A stretch of DNA of 64,000 nucleotides from an uncultured Bacteroidales bacterium (GCA_902774335.1 CACYHW010000004.1:12478-76477); one strand, 5' to 3'; counted from the first letter of the stretch, positions 49,241 to 59,173 are shown. Program-made: numbers and translations. The notes: a model not told the origin generated them from the letters alone.

Positions 49241-49858
49241 TTATCTTGGTGAAAGCTCATGTCCCGTGGGGGCTATCTCCGTGAGGTTGACCTCGAAGAT
49301 AAGTGCCGAATAGGCGGGAATGGAGTTGCGGGCCTTATCTCCGTATCCGAGCGACTGGGGAATGTAGAGCCTCCAGAAATCGCCGCAGTGCATGTACATG
49401 AGTGCGGTTGCCACTCCGTCAACAAGTCCTGACACGCGGAACGAAGCCGGTATGTTGACCGAAGGGTTGAGCGCGGCTGTCTTGAAGGACTGGTCCATTA
49501 CCTGACCCTCGGGATAGTTGGCGGTAGGCATAAGGCGGACACGGTAGTTCACGCGTACGCTGTCGCTGAAACTGGGCGAAACGGTTCCGTCGCCCTTGTC
49601 CAGGATCTCGCAGTATACATATGAGTCGTCTCCCCACTTGCTCTCGGGATTGAGCTTGTATGAGAGCAGTCGGACAATCTCTCCCTTAGAGGCTGTCTGG
49701 GGAGTCTTGTCGGAACACCGGGCAGCTATGCCGGATATGAATTCCGCATTACGGCCCTGCCAGTTGGCGTGGTCATCGGCCTCCTTGGTCTCACTGCATG
49801 AGACGCACAGGAGGGCTGCCGTGCACAGGATGGAGAAAATAGCCGACAGACGCTTCAT
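49241..49858 (-). CDS. FKBP-type peptidyl-prolyl cis-trans isomerase lipoprotein
   Basis: Signal peptide plus lipobox LCVSC|SE. C-terminal FKBP domain (VRVNYRVRLM..., GDFWRLYIPQSLGYG). Confidence 0.8.
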   Translation of the reverse strand: MKRLSAIFSILCTAALLCVSCSETKEADDHANWQGRNAEFISGIAARCSDKTPQTASKGEIVRLLSYKLNPESKWGDDSYVYCEILDKGDGTVSPSFSDSVRVNYRVRLMPTANYPEGQVMDQSFKTAALNPSVNIPASFRVSGLVDGVATALMYMHCGDFWRLYIPQSLGYGDKARNSIPAYSALIFEVNLTEIAPTGHELSPR

Positions 49859-49860
49859 AT

Positions 49861-51399
49861 TCAGAGAGTCTTAAGCACGCTTGTTATTGATACGGTGTCA
49901 GAGAGTATGTTGCAGAGGTCTGCAATCTTGACACGCTGCTGCTCCATGGTGTCACGGTTACGCAGGGTAACGGTCTGATCCTCGAGTGACTGGTGGTCGA
50001 CAGTTACGCAGAACGGGGTGCCGATGGCATCCTGACGGCGGTAGCGCTTGCCGATGGAATCCTTCTCGTCGTACTGGCAGTTGAAGTGGAACTTGAGGTC
50101 GTTCTGGATTGAACGTGCCAGCTCGGGCAGTCCGTCTTTCTTGACAAGAGGCAGGATAGCCAGCTTGACGGGAGCCAGAGGTGCGGGCAGATGCAGTACA
50201 ACGCGGGTCTCGCCGTTCTCAAGAGCCTGCTCCTCGTATGAGGCGCACATAACGCTCAGGAACATACGGTCAACACCTATTGAGGTCTCGATTACGAACG
50301 GAGTGTAGCTCTCGTTGGTCTCGGGATCAAAGTACTTGATGCTCTTGCCGCTGAACTTCTCGTGCTGTGACAGGTCAAAGTTGGTACGGCTGTGGATACC
50401 CTCCACCTCCTTGAAGCCGAAAGGCATAAGGAACTCGATATCTGTAGCTGCGTTGGCGTAGTGGGCCAGCTTGTCGTGGTCGTGGAAACGGTAGTGGTCG
50501 GCGCCGAAGCCAAGGGCCTGATGCCACTTCATACGGGTCTCCTTCCACTTTGCGAACCAGTCAAGCTCGGTGCCGGGCTTGATGAAGAACTGCATCTCCA
50601 TCTGCTCGAACTCACGCATGCGGAAGATGAACTGGCGGGCAACGATCTCGTTACGGAAGGCCTTACCTATCTGGGCGATACCGAAGGGGATCTTCATGCG
50701 GCCGGTCTTCTGTACGTTCAGGTAGTTTACAAAGATACCCTGTGCGGTCTCGGGACGCAGATAGATCTTCATTGAACCGTCGGCGGTCGAACCCATCTCG
50801 GTTGAGAACATCAGGTTGAACTGACGTACATCGGTCCAGTTGCGGGTGCCGCTGATGGGGCATACGATACCCTCGTCCAGGATGATCTGCTTGAGCTCCT
50901 CAAGGTTGCCGTCATTCATGGCCTTCTTGTAACGGTCATGCAGGGCGTCGCGCTTGGCTACGTGCTCCAGTACGTTGTTGCTGGTGGCGCGGTACTTGGC
51001 CTCATCGAAAGAGTCACCGAAACGCTTGCGGGCCTTGGCAACCTCCTTCTCTATCTTCTCGTCATATTTGGCTATCTGATCCTCAATCAGGACGTCTGCA
51101 CGGTAGCGCTTCTTTGAGTCGCGGTTGTCTATGAGGGGGTCATTGAATGCATCTACGTGACCTGAAGCCTTCCAGATGGTGGGGTGCATGAATATTGCAG
51201 AGTCGATACCTACAATATTGTCGTGCAGCAGAACCATACTCTGCCACCAATAGGTCTTGATGTTATTCTTCATCTCGACTCCCAGCTGTCCGTAGTCATA
51301 GACAGCGCCGAGTCCGTCATAAATCTCGCTTGAGGGGAATACAAAACCGTACTCCTTGCAGTGTGCTACAATCTTTTTGAAAACGTCTTCTTGAGCCAT
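49861..51399 (-). CDS. glyQS: Glycine--tRNA ligase (class II, homodimeric GlyQS type)
   Basis: 512 aa from the ATG at 51399 (MAQEDVFKKIVAHCKEYGFVFPSSEIYDGL...). Class II motifs. The TTG start of the ORF track at 51408 is less likely. Confidence 0.93.
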   Translation of the reverse strand: MAQEDVFKKIVAHCKEYGFVFPSSEIYDGLGAVYDYGQLGVEMKNNIKTYWWQSMVLLHDNIVGIDSAIFMHPTIWKASGHVDAFNDPLIDNRDSKKRYRADVLIEDQIAKYDEKIEKEVAKARKRFGDSFDEAKYRATSNNVLEHVAKRDALHDRYKKAMNDGNLEELKQIILDEGIVCPISGTRNWTDVRQFNLMFSTEMGSTADGSMKIYLRPETAQGIFVNYLNVQKTGRMKIPFGIAQIGKAFRNEIVARQFIFRMREFEQMEMQFFIKPGTELDWFAKWKETRMKWHQALGFGADHYRFHDHDKLAHYANAATDIEFLMPFGFKEVEGIHSRTNFDLSQHEKFSGKSIKYFDPETNESYTPFVIETSIGVDRMFLSVMCASYEEQALENGETRVVLHLPAPLAPVKLAILPLVKKDGLPELARSIQNDLKFHFNCQYDEKDSIGKRYRRQDAIGTPFCVTVDHQSLEDQTVTLRNRDTMEQQRVKIADLCNILSDTVSITSVLKTL

Positions 51400-51426
51400 A
51401 ATCAGCAATTATTCAGAAAATTTTCG

Positions 51427-51434
51427 CAAAGGTA
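51427..51434 (-). promoter_or_regulatory. Candidate -7 promoter box (TACCTTTG on the minus strand) for glyQS
   Basis: Matches TAnnTTTG, 28 nt upstream of the ATG at 51399. Confidence 0.4.
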
Positions 51435-51617
51435 CTGCTTTTATTTAATAAATAGAGGTGTGTCTCTTTAAAATAACCTAATTAGCCCCCTTTTGGATAA
51501 AGGATGTATAATTGTTGAAAAGTCCGACGAAAAAATGGTACAAGTTGGCGTTGCGGATTGGGAATTGTCGCTGAAAAGCAGTAAATTCGCGTCCAAACAT
51601 ATTGTTTTTAAAGGGTA

Positions 51618-54317
51618 ATGAGCAGCGAAACGGATAATATGGATGAGGAACTCCGCGATCAGGTCGCGGAGAGTGCTGATGATGTTCAGGAGGCAGGGCA
51701 TTCAACCTACCAGCCTGTCAAGGATGACAACGGCATGATACGCCACCAGTTGTCGGGCATGTACCAGGGCTGGTTCCTGGATTATGCCTCATACGTTATC
51801 CTGGAGCGTGCCGTACCTCATTTCGTAGACGGACTCAAGCCGGTGCAGAGACGTATCCTGCACTCCATGAAGCGCCTTGACGACGGCCGTTTCAATAAGG
51901 TGGCCAACATTGTTGGACATACCATGCAGTTCCACCCTCACGGCGACGCTTCGATAGGTGACGCACTGGTGCAGCTGGGTCAGAAGGACCTTCTTATAGA
52001 GTGCCAGGGTAACTGGGGAAATATACTTACAGGTCACCGCGCCGCAGCACCCCGATATATCGAGGCCCGTCTGTCCAAGTTCGCCCTTGAGACTCTGTTC
52101 AATCCCAAGACCACCGAGTGGAAGGCATCGTATGACGGCCGCAACAAGGAGCCGGTCACGCTGCCTGTCAAATTCCCGCTGCTGCTGGCTCAGGGTGCCG
52201 AGGGTATCGCTGTAGGCCTGTCCTGCAAGATACTGCCGCATAACTTCAACGAGCTGTGCGACGCAGCCGTATCGTACCTGCGCAAGGAGGAATTTCATCT
52301 CTATCCGGACTTCCAGACCGGAGGCGCCATCGATGTGTCCCGTTACAACGACGGAGAGCGCGGCGGTATGGTGCGCATCCGTGCCAAGATTTCAAAAGAA
52401 GCTGACAACAAGACGCTTGTCATAAACGAGATTCCGTACGGTGAGAACGTGATGACCCTGTGCGAATCCATAGTCAAGGCAGGCGAGAAGGGCAAGATAA
52501 AGATCCGCAAGGTTGAGAACCTTACCGCCGACAAGGTGGAGATACGCATATCGCTGGCGCCCGGAGTGTCATCGGACAAGACCATCGACGCACTTTACGC
52601 CTTTACCAACTGTGAGGTGAGCATATCGCCCAACTGCTGCGTGATTGATGAGAACAAGCCGCACTTCCTCACCGTAAGCGACGTGCTGCGCAAATCGGTA
52701 GACAACACCAAGGATCTGCTGCGCCGCGAGCTGGAGATTGAGCGCGGGGAGATACTGGAGCAGCTGCACTTTGCCTCATTGGAAAAGATATTCATCGAGG
52801 AGCGTATATATAAGGACCGCGAGTTCGAAGAGGCTACCACCATGGACGCCGCCTGCGAGCACATTGACGACCGTCTGACTCCCTACTACCCGCAGATGAT
52901 CCGCGAGGTGACCAAGGAGGATATCCTCAAGCTGATGGAGATAAAGATGGCCCGTATCCTCAAGTTCAACAAGGAGAAAGCCGAGGAGGCTATTGCCAAA
53001 ATGAAGGCCGATATAGCCCGCATCGACAAGGATCTGGCCAACATGGTGAACGTGACCATCCGCTGGTTCAACATGCTCAAGGAGAAGTACGGTCCCTCCT
53101 ATCCGCGCCGCACCGAGATCAAGAACTTTGACACCGTGGTGGCAGCCAAGGTTGTGGAGGCCAACCAGAAACTCTATATCAACCGTGCCGACGGATTCAT
53201 CGGCATGGAACTCAAAAAGGACGAGTATGTCTGCAACTGCTCGGATCTGGATGACATCATACTCTTCTACAAGGACGGCAAGTTCAAGGTGGTTAAGGTG
53301 GCCGATAAGCTGTTTGTGGGCCAGAACGTGCTCTACCTGAACGTGTTCAAGAAGAACGACAAGCGCACCATATACAATGTGGTGTACCGCGACGGCCGCA
53401 ACGGGGCCTACTTTATAAAGAGGTTCGCCGCCACAGGCCTGACCCGCGACAAGGAGTATGACCTGACACAGGGCAAGGCTGGCTCCAAGATAATGTACTT
53501 TACAGCCAACCCCAACGGTGAGGCCGAGGTGATTAAGATTACCCTCAAGCCCAATCCCAAGCTCAAGAAGCCGGTGTTCGACAAGGACTTCAGCGAGATG
53601 CTCATCAAGGGACGTCAGTCCATGGGTAACCTGCTGACCCGCAACGAGGTGCTGCGCATCGGCCTCAAGGCACACGGATCGTCCACGCTGGGCGGCCGCA
53701 AGGTTTGGTTTGACAAGGATATACTGCGCCTGGATTTTGACGGACACGGTGATTTCCTGGGCGAGTTCAACAGCGACGACCAGCTGCTTGTGATCAATTC
53801 AAACGGTGAATACTACACCACGCCGGTTGATCCCAACTGCCATTTCGATCCCGATCTGCTGCGTCTGGAGAGAAATGATCAGCGCAAGGTATGGACCGCG
53901 GTCCTGTTTGACGCCTCCCAGAAGAACTATCTCTATCTGAAGAGGTTCAACCTGGATCCCACATCCAAGCGCATCAATATACTTGGTGAAGAGAAGGGCA
54001 GCCGTCTGGTGCTGCTTACCGATACCCCGTTCCCGCGTCTGCTCGTGACCATGGGCGGTGCCGACAGTTTCCGTGAGCCGATGGAGGTGGATGCCGAGCA
54101 GTTTGTGGGAGTAAAGGGCGTGAAGGCACGCGGCCGCAGGGTGACCGCATATGCCGTTCAGGATGTTGAGGAGATGGTTCCGCTGCGTCAGCCGGAGCCT
54201 GAATCCGTACCCGAGCCGGATAAATCCGATATAGATTCCGAAAATCAGGACCAAGTGTCCCAAACATATGATGAAAATTCTGAGACGGTTGATGACGGAC
54301 AGCTTTCGCTGTTCTGA
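51618..54317 (+). CDS. parC: Type IIA topoisomerase subunit A, Bacteroidetes ParC-like (topoisomerase IV subunit A)
   Basis: 899 aa. DGLKPVQRRIL and HPHGDASI motifs. The ParC rather than GyrA call rests on divergence from the GyrA consensus and on length. Confidence 0.75.
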   Translation: MSSETDNMDEELRDQVAESADDVQEAGHSTYQPVKDDNGMIRHQLSGMYQGWFLDYASYVILERAVPHFVDGLKPVQRRILHSMKRLDDGRFNKVANIVGHTMQFHPHGDASIGDALVQLGQKDLLIECQGNWGNILTGHRAAAPRYIEARLSKFALETLFNPKTTEWKASYDGRNKEPVTLPVKFPLLLAQGAEGIAVGLSCKILPHNFNELCDAAVSYLRKEEFHLYPDFQTGGAIDVSRYNDGERGGMVRIRAKISKEADNKTLVINEIPYGENVMTLCESIVKAGEKGKIKIRKVENLTADKVEIRISLAPGVSSDKTIDALYAFTNCEVSISPNCCVIDENKPHFLTVSDVLRKSVDNTKDLLRRELEIERGEILEQLHFASLEKIFIEERIYKDREFEEATTMDAACEHIDDRLTPYYPQMIREVTKEDILKLMEIKMARILKFNKEKAEEAIAKMKADIARIDKDLANMVNVTIRWFNMLKEKYGPSYPRRTEIKNFDTVVAAKVVEANQKLYINRADGFIGMELKKDEYVCNCSDLDDIILFYKDGKFKVVKVADKLFVGQNVLYLNVFKKNDKRTIYNVVYRDGRNGAYFIKRFAATGLTRDKEYDLTQGKAGSKIMYFTANPNGEAEVIKITLKPNPKLKKPVFDKDFSEMLIKGRQSMGNLLTRNEVLRIGLKAHGSSTLGGRKVWFDKDILRLDFDGHGDFLGEFNSDDQLLVINSNGEYYTTPVDPNCHFDPDLLRLERNDQRKVWTAVLFDASQKNYLYLKRFNLDPTSKRINILGEEKGSRLVLLTDTPFPRLLVTMGGADSFREPMEVDAEQFVGVKGVKARGRRVTAYAVQDVEEMVPLRQPEPESVPEPDKSDIDSENQDQVSQTYDENSETVDDGQLSLF

Positions 54318-55140
54318 CCGGTTGTCAGGTGTACTTGTCATATTGCTCCTGATGCTGTTCACGCTGCCGGCCAAGGCCGAGCGGGAGGCATGGAGTCTGC
54401 CCCTGTACCAGGAGCGCGTAAGTGCCGGATCGGTAATGATAGGCAGCGCCTTTGCCCGTGAAACCTACTTGTCGGAATCCGGATATTCAGGCACGGCGTT
54501 TGGCTTTGAGGCCGATATCTGGACAGGCTATTCGCCCGACAGGCTTTTCAAATACGGCCGTACACATTCAAGTCTGCATTTTAGTCCTATGAAAAACCGT
54601 GTGGGCGGCGGCAGTACGCTGGAACTCACGGGATCTTTCCATACTTCCATGCTTTGGCCTGCGGTCAATACCCCGGTATGTGACCTTCTGTTAGGCCCTT
54701 CCTTCATGTTTGAGCTGGGAGCGCTCTACAACAGGCAGAACTCAAACAACCCGGCCACTGCCGAAGGGTATATGGGTGCCGGACTCTGTGTGGACAATAC
54801 GCTGCATTTCAGGCTTTTCCGCAAGGATATGGCATTCCAGGCCACGCTCCACATGCCGCTTGCAGGAGTGGGGGTGGCACCCGATTACGACCAGCCCTAC
54901 TGGTATATTTACCGGTACGACGAGTACGAAAAGGCGCTTCACTTTATAACTCCCTTCAACGACCTGGCGCTCATGCAACAGGTTGCGCTGGTGGTGCCTT
55001 TCAGGGGAGCGCGCGTCAGGTTGGGGTATACGTTTGACTATACGGGAAACCGTCTGGGAGGTCATTACCGCAGCATAGGAAGCAACTTCTTTACCATAGG
55101 TTGTGTCATGAGGTACCAGAAAAAGGATTGGAGCCGATGA
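54268..55140 (+). CDS. Hypothetical exported protein (possibly outer-membrane associated)
   Basis: 290 aa. Hydrophobic signal-like segment VLVILLLMLFTLPAKA|E. Start uncertain (54268 or 54292); either overlaps the parC 3' end. ATGA overlap with the S41 peptidase gene. Confidence 0.55.
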   Translation: MMKILRRLMTDSFRCSDRLSGVLVILLLMLFTLPAKAEREAWSLPLYQERVSAGSVMIGSAFARETYLSESGYSGTAFGFEADIWTGYSPDRLFKYGRTHSSLHFSPMKNRVGGGSTLELTGSFHTSMLWPAVNTPVCDLLLGPSFMFELGALYNRQNSNNPATAEGYMGAGLCVDNTLHFRLFRKDMAFQATLHMPLAGVGVAPDYDQPYWYIYRYDEYEKALHFITPFNDLALMQQVALVVPFRGARVRLGYTFDYTGNRLGGHYRSIGSNFFTIGCVMRYQKKDWSR

Positions 55141-56198
55141 AAAGCAGGATAATACATATGGCTTGTGTAGTGGCGGCATTGGGCATGATGCTGCTGCCGT
55201 CAGCCTGTTCCAGCACGGAGGAGGGACTTGACAGGGAGTACTCCAACACCCCCCGAGGCAACTTCATGGCCCTATGGGAGATAATGGATGAGCGTTACTG
55301 CTACTTCGACCTCAAGAAAGAGGTGCTGGGAGTGGACTGGAATGAAGTTAAGCTCAGATACTCCGCCAGCATATCGGGCGATATGTCCAATAGATCGCTG
55401 TTCGAGGTGCTCTGCAAGATGATAGGCGAGCTGCGTGACGGTCACGTGAACCTGTCCAGCGCCTATGACTTTGGCCGCAACTGGAGCTGGAAGACCGATT
55501 ACCCCGCAAACTATTCGAAGGACCTGCAGGACAAGTATCTGGGTTTAGACTATGTCATCTGCGGCAACTCAAGCAGCTACCGTATTCTGGATGACAACAT
55601 AGGCTATATGGTTGTGAAGAGCTTTGAGAGCAGTATCTCCAACGGATCGCTGAACGCTATGTTCAATCATATGGCTCTCTGCAACGGACTTATCATTGAT
55701 ATCCGTAACAACGGAGGCGGTAATCAGAACGCGGGAGATAGGCTGGCATCACGCTTTACAGAGGAGAGTGTGACGTGGGGCTACTCATGTTACAAGAACG
55801 GTCCGGGTCATAATGATTTCTCCAAGCTGCATGCCAACGTGATCGAACCTGCCTGGACCAATCTGAGATGGATCAAGCCTGTGGTGCTCCTGGTGAACCG
55901 CGGCTGTTACAGTACCGCCAATGATTTTGCAGTCTGCATGAAGAGTCTTGCCAACGTGACCCTGATGGGTGACACCACGGGAGGCGGAGGCGGACTGCCC
56001 ATGTCGTCCGAGCTGCCCAACGGGTGGGTGGTCAGATTCTCATCGTCCCCCTCGTACGATGCCGACATCAACCATGTTGAGTTCGGTGTGGCTCCCGATA
56101 TCAGACTGGATATGAAGGAGAGTGATATGGCTGCGGGCCTGGATACCTACATAGAGGAGGCTCGCAGGTATATTAATGATATGATAGTTAACCCTTAA
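55137..56198 (+). CDS. S41-family (tail-specific-protease-like) peptidase lipoprotein
   Basis: 353 aa from the ATG at 55137. Lipobox LPSAC|SS. S41 motif IIDIRNNGGGN and a later Ser region (GCYSTANDF). Confidence 0.75.
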   Translation: MKSRIIHMACVVAALGMMLLPSACSSTEEGLDREYSNTPRGNFMALWEIMDERYCYFDLKKEVLGVDWNEVKLRYSASISGDMSNRSLFEVLCKMIGELRDGHVNLSSAYDFGRNWSWKTDYPANYSKDLQDKYLGLDYVICGNSSSYRILDDNIGYMVVKSFESSISNGSLNAMFNHMALCNGLIIDIRNNGGGNQNAGDRLASRFTEESVTWGYSCYKNGPGHNDFSKLHANVIEPAWTNLRWIKPVVLLVNRGCYSTANDFAVCMKSLANVTLMGDTTGGGGGLPMSSELPNGWVVRFSSSPSYDADINHVEFGVAPDIRLDMKESDMAAGLDTYIEEARRYINDMIVNP

Positions 56199-56204
56199 GA
56201 GACT

Positions 56205-57917
56205 ATGAAGAGATTTCGTTTGCTTGTGGTTGCAATAGCAGCCATGTTGCCGTTTATGGCATGCGCCGGAAAGGCCAGGGTATTAAAGATTGATTTCAAG
56301 AATCCTATTCAGGAACGTATTGTGGGAGGCTCCTCCATTGACATCATGTCGATTGTAAAAGGATCGGCCAACCCAGTCACACTGTACAGCTACGTGAGCG
56401 CCATTGACGCCGCTGCACAGGACAACAGCATCAGCATGATCTATATGACGCCCGATGAGGTTGACGCCGGCCTGGCGCAGATTGAGGAGATACGCGCTGC
56501 GCTGGAGCGTTTCAAAAAGTCGGGCAAGCCTGTGGTGGCCTACTGCAGGACGTTGGGCAACGGCTCCTACTATCTGGCATCGGTGGCCGATAAGATCATA
56601 CTCGACCCGGCTTCGGAGAGCCTCATCAACGGTCTGAGCACCCAGATGATATTCCTCAAGGACATTCTGGACGCCCTGCATGTGGATATGCAGCTGATAC
56701 GTCACGGCAAGTACAAATCGGCCGGCGAGATGTTCACCCGCAGCAGCTCAAGCCCTGAGAACCGCCTCCAGAACCAGGAGCTTGTGGGCTCCATGTGGAA
56801 CTCCATAACCGCTCAGATAGCCGCCTCACGCGGATTCACTCAGGAGCAGTTCCAGGAGTGGGTGGAGAATCTGGACCTGTGCCACGCATCCGACTTCAAG
56901 GAGAAGGGGCTTGTTGACGAGACCTGGTATATGGATGAGGTTGACAAATACATGTGCCAGCAGAACGGCGTCAAGAGCATAGGCGAGGTTAGCTTTGTAA
57001 AGATAAATATGTACGCCTCAAAGCTTAAGAAGGGCAGCAACAAGAACAGGATTGCCGTAGTATATGCCGACGGCGATATCAAGGACGACGGATCGGATGC
57101 CGATATAGTAGGCAACAAACTGGCCGCCACGCTGCGCAAGGTGCGTGAGGACAAGCGTATCAAGGCTGTAGTGTTCAGGGTCAACTCACCGGGCGGCAGC
57201 GCTCAGGCAGCCGAGGCCATCAGACATGAGATCATGCTGCTTCGTGCCGAGAAGCCTGTCATTGTAAGCTTTGGCGACTATGCCGCATCGGGCGGTTACT
57301 GGATATCGGCCAACTCGGACCGTATCTTTACCGACAACGGCACGGTAACGGGCTCGATAGGTGTGTTCGGACTTATTCCCAGCCTGGGTGATGCTGTGAG
57401 CAAGGTTCTCAAGGTGAATGTGGAGACTGTAGGAACATCGTCACACAGTGATATGATGGCAGGACTCCGTCCTCTTGACGACGCCGAGGTGGCTTACATA
57501 CAGAAGCAGATCGAGAAGATTTACGACGACTTTACCGGTCTGGTGTCAGAGGGCCGCAGCATGTCCAAGGACAGCGTGGACGCTATCGGCCAGGGACGCG
57601 TATGGTCGGGTGCCGATGCCCTGCGTATAGGTCTGGCCGATTGCAACGGCGGACTCCAGGATGCCATAGACTATGCTGCCGGCAAGGTAGGTCTGAACAA
57701 GGAGGATTACCGTATTGTCCAGTATCCGGTTGCCAGGGAGGTATCGCTGCTTAAGCTGCTTTCGGGCGGTTCGTCGGATGATCCCGAGGAGACACTGACC
57801 ACAAGCGTGGAGACCCAGGTTTCACTTGAGGATATGTTCCCTGCCATTGCCAGGATGCGTGAGATAAGCAGCCCCACCGTAATGGTCAGGATGGAGAGTC
57901 TGATGGAAATAAAATGA
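56205..57917 (+). CDS. sppA: Signal peptide peptidase SppA, 67K type
   Basis: 570 aa with two ClpP/crotonase-like halves. RVNSPGGSA and GDYAASGGYWIS motifs. Confidence 0.88.
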   Translation: MKRFRLLVVAIAAMLPFMACAGKARVLKIDFKNPIQERIVGGSSIDIMSIVKGSANPVTLYSYVSAIDAAAQDNSISMIYMTPDEVDAGLAQIEEIRAALERFKKSGKPVVAYCRTLGNGSYYLASVADKIILDPASESLINGLSTQMIFLKDILDALHVDMQLIRHGKYKSAGEMFTRSSSSPENRLQNQELVGSMWNSITAQIAASRGFTQEQFQEWVENLDLCHASDFKEKGLVDETWYMDEVDKYMCQQNGVKSIGEVSFVKINMYASKLKKGSNKNRIAVVYADGDIKDDGSDADIVGNKLAATLRKVREDKRIKAVVFRVNSPGGSAQAAEAIRHEIMLLRAEKPVIVSFGDYAASGGYWISANSDRIFTDNGTVTGSIGVFGLIPSLGDAVSKVLKVNVETVGTSSHSDMMAGLRPLDDAEVAYIQKQIEKIYDDFTGLVSEGRSMSKDSVDAIGQGRVWSGADALRIGLADCNGGLQDAIDYAAGKVGLNKEDYRIVQYPVAREVSLLKLLSGGSSDDPEETLTTSVETQVSLEDMFPAIARMREISSPTVMVRMESLMEIK

Positions 57918-57943
57918 TGTTTGGCGGTTACAGCTAAAACAAC

Positions 57944-57951
57944 TACTTTTG
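57944..57951 (+). promoter_or_regulatory. Candidate -7 promoter box (TACTTTTG) for tRNA-Leu
   Basis: Matches TAnnTTTG, 35 nt upstream of the tRNA 5' end. Confidence 0.4.
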
Positions 57952-57985
57952 CAGCGCGTTCCGGTATCAGGGACGCGCTTTTATT

Positions 57986-58066
57986 GCGGGCGTGGCGGAA
58001 TTGGTAGACGCGCTAGACTTAGGATCTAGTATCTCAGATGTGTAGGTTCGAGTCCTATCGCCCGTA
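57986..58066 (+). tRNA. tRNA-Leu (anticodon TAG), long variable arm
   Basis: Hand-folded. Acceptor GCGGGCG/CGCCCGT (G1.U72), anticodon arm CTAGA-CTTAGGA-TCTAG, variable arm, T arm with TTCGAGT loop. Confidence 0.85.
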
Positions 58067-58118
58067 CAAAAACAGGTGGCTTTCGGGCCACCTGTTTTTG
58101 TACGGGCGATAGGACTCG
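58049..58118. repeat. 32-bp perfect inverted repeat whose left arm is the tRNA-Leu 3' end plus trailer
   Basis: cgagtcctatcgcccgtacaaaaacaggtggc-tttcgg-gccacctgtttttgtacgggcgataggactcg. I checked the complementarity base by base. Confidence 0.9.
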
Positions 58119-58306
58119 GGGACTGACGCCCCGACTCCTCCTTTTTTTATTTCGCTATCGCGAAAGGGTCGGCCTCCGGCCGATATATCAACCTTGTCAT
58201 AAACAAAGACAAGTGGCTTTCGGGCCACCTGTCTTTGTACGGGCGATAGGACTCGGGGGCTGACGCCCCGACTCCTCCTTTTTTTATCAACCTTGTCATA
58301 AACAAA
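58072..58306. repeat. Tandem duplication: two 79-bp units, each followed by an identical 20-mer
   Basis: Units at 58072-58150 and 58209-58287 differ at 3 positions. The 20-mer tcaaccttgtcataaacaaa is at 58188-58207 and 58287-58306. Only copy 1 carries a 37-bp insert, at 58151-58187. Confidence 0.9.
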
Positions 58307-58338
58307 AACAGCCGACCCGAAAGGCCGGCTGCTTTTTT
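58304..58338. terminator. Bidirectional hairpin terminator (serves the minus-strand OMP gene)
   Basis: aaaaa-cagccgacc-cgaaa-ggccggctg-c-tttttt, with one mismatch in the stem. Confidence 0.6.
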
Positions 58339-58353
58339 GTATTTGGGGTATTA

Positions 58354-58920
58354 TCAGAACTCGTATACGAGACCGAATGTCAGAGCTGTGAAGTCAGCAT
58401 TCAGACCGAAATTGTTCTTGTAAGTGGTACCGGGATAACCGCCAAACTCGGGGTTGCTCATGTGTGTGAAAGCAAGACCGTTGAACTTGGCCTGAACTGA
58501 GAAGTGGTCAGACATCATGTAGCGGATACCGGGCTGTGCATAGAGTGACAGGCTCCAGAAGTTGAATCCGCTGGGAGATACGATTGCATACTCAAATCCA
58601 CCCTGTACGAACATGTTGAAGTTACCCTCTGTAAAGAATGTGTACCTGATGAAGGGAGCAAAGCCGAAGCTGAACATCTGCTGAGTTTTAGTGGTGTTGT
58701 TTCTGAAATACTTAGTATCCTTTATGTTCAGTTCTACGCCCAGCTCGATTGCATCCTCAATCTGCATACCGAATGCGGGAGATAATTCAAGAACTCTTCC
58801 CTTCTCGTCAGTACCATACTGTGATGTAGTCTCAAAACCGAGTGATCCGCTGAACCAGTACTTGGCATTTGCTGTCATGCATGTTGCAATAGCTACGATA
58901 ATGAATAAAGCTTTTTTCAT
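58354..58920 (-). CDS. Small outer-membrane beta-barrel protein
   Basis: 188 aa. Signal peptide (MTANA|KY), alternating beta-strand pattern, and C-terminal ...GLVYEF ending in Phe. Confidence 0.75.
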   Translation of the reverse strand: MKKALFIIVAIATCMTANAKYWFSGSLGFETTSQYGTDEKGRVLELSPAFGMQIEDAIELGVELNIKDTKYFRNNTTKTQQMFSFGFAPFIRYTFFTEGNFNMFVQGGFEYAIVSPSGFNFWSLSLYAQPGIRYMMSDHFSVQAKFNGLAFTHMSNPEFGGYPGTTYKNNFGLNADFTALTFGLVYEF

Positions 58921-59173
58921 AATTGTGATTTTAGTTTAAATGTAAATTAATAGTCTCTTTTTGTTCGCTTTAAAAGTCCTTTGTCGGTCCTTTCTTTGCG
59001 CCAAAAGTATACAACATTTGTTAAATGAGCAAAAAAATGTCGAAAAAAAACGCCTTTAGAGCACTTTTTAGGCCATTTTGTGCAATCCGTAATTTTTTTT
59101 GCTCCTTTTTGGGCCTCAAAGATGTCTGCAAAGAGGTATAAGATTGCTCTTATTTGTTTATTTTTGCGGTACT

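Noticed and set aside
52776-53747. 323-aa minus-strand ORF antisense to parC
   Set aside because: Shadow ORF with repetitive L/V/G/H-rich translation. The plus-strand topoisomerase call is secure.
54292-54317. Possible programmed recoding at the parC / downstream ORF overlap
   Set aside because: There is no slippery heptamer or downstream structure. A simple overlap of independent genes with an uncertain start codon is the more economical explanation.
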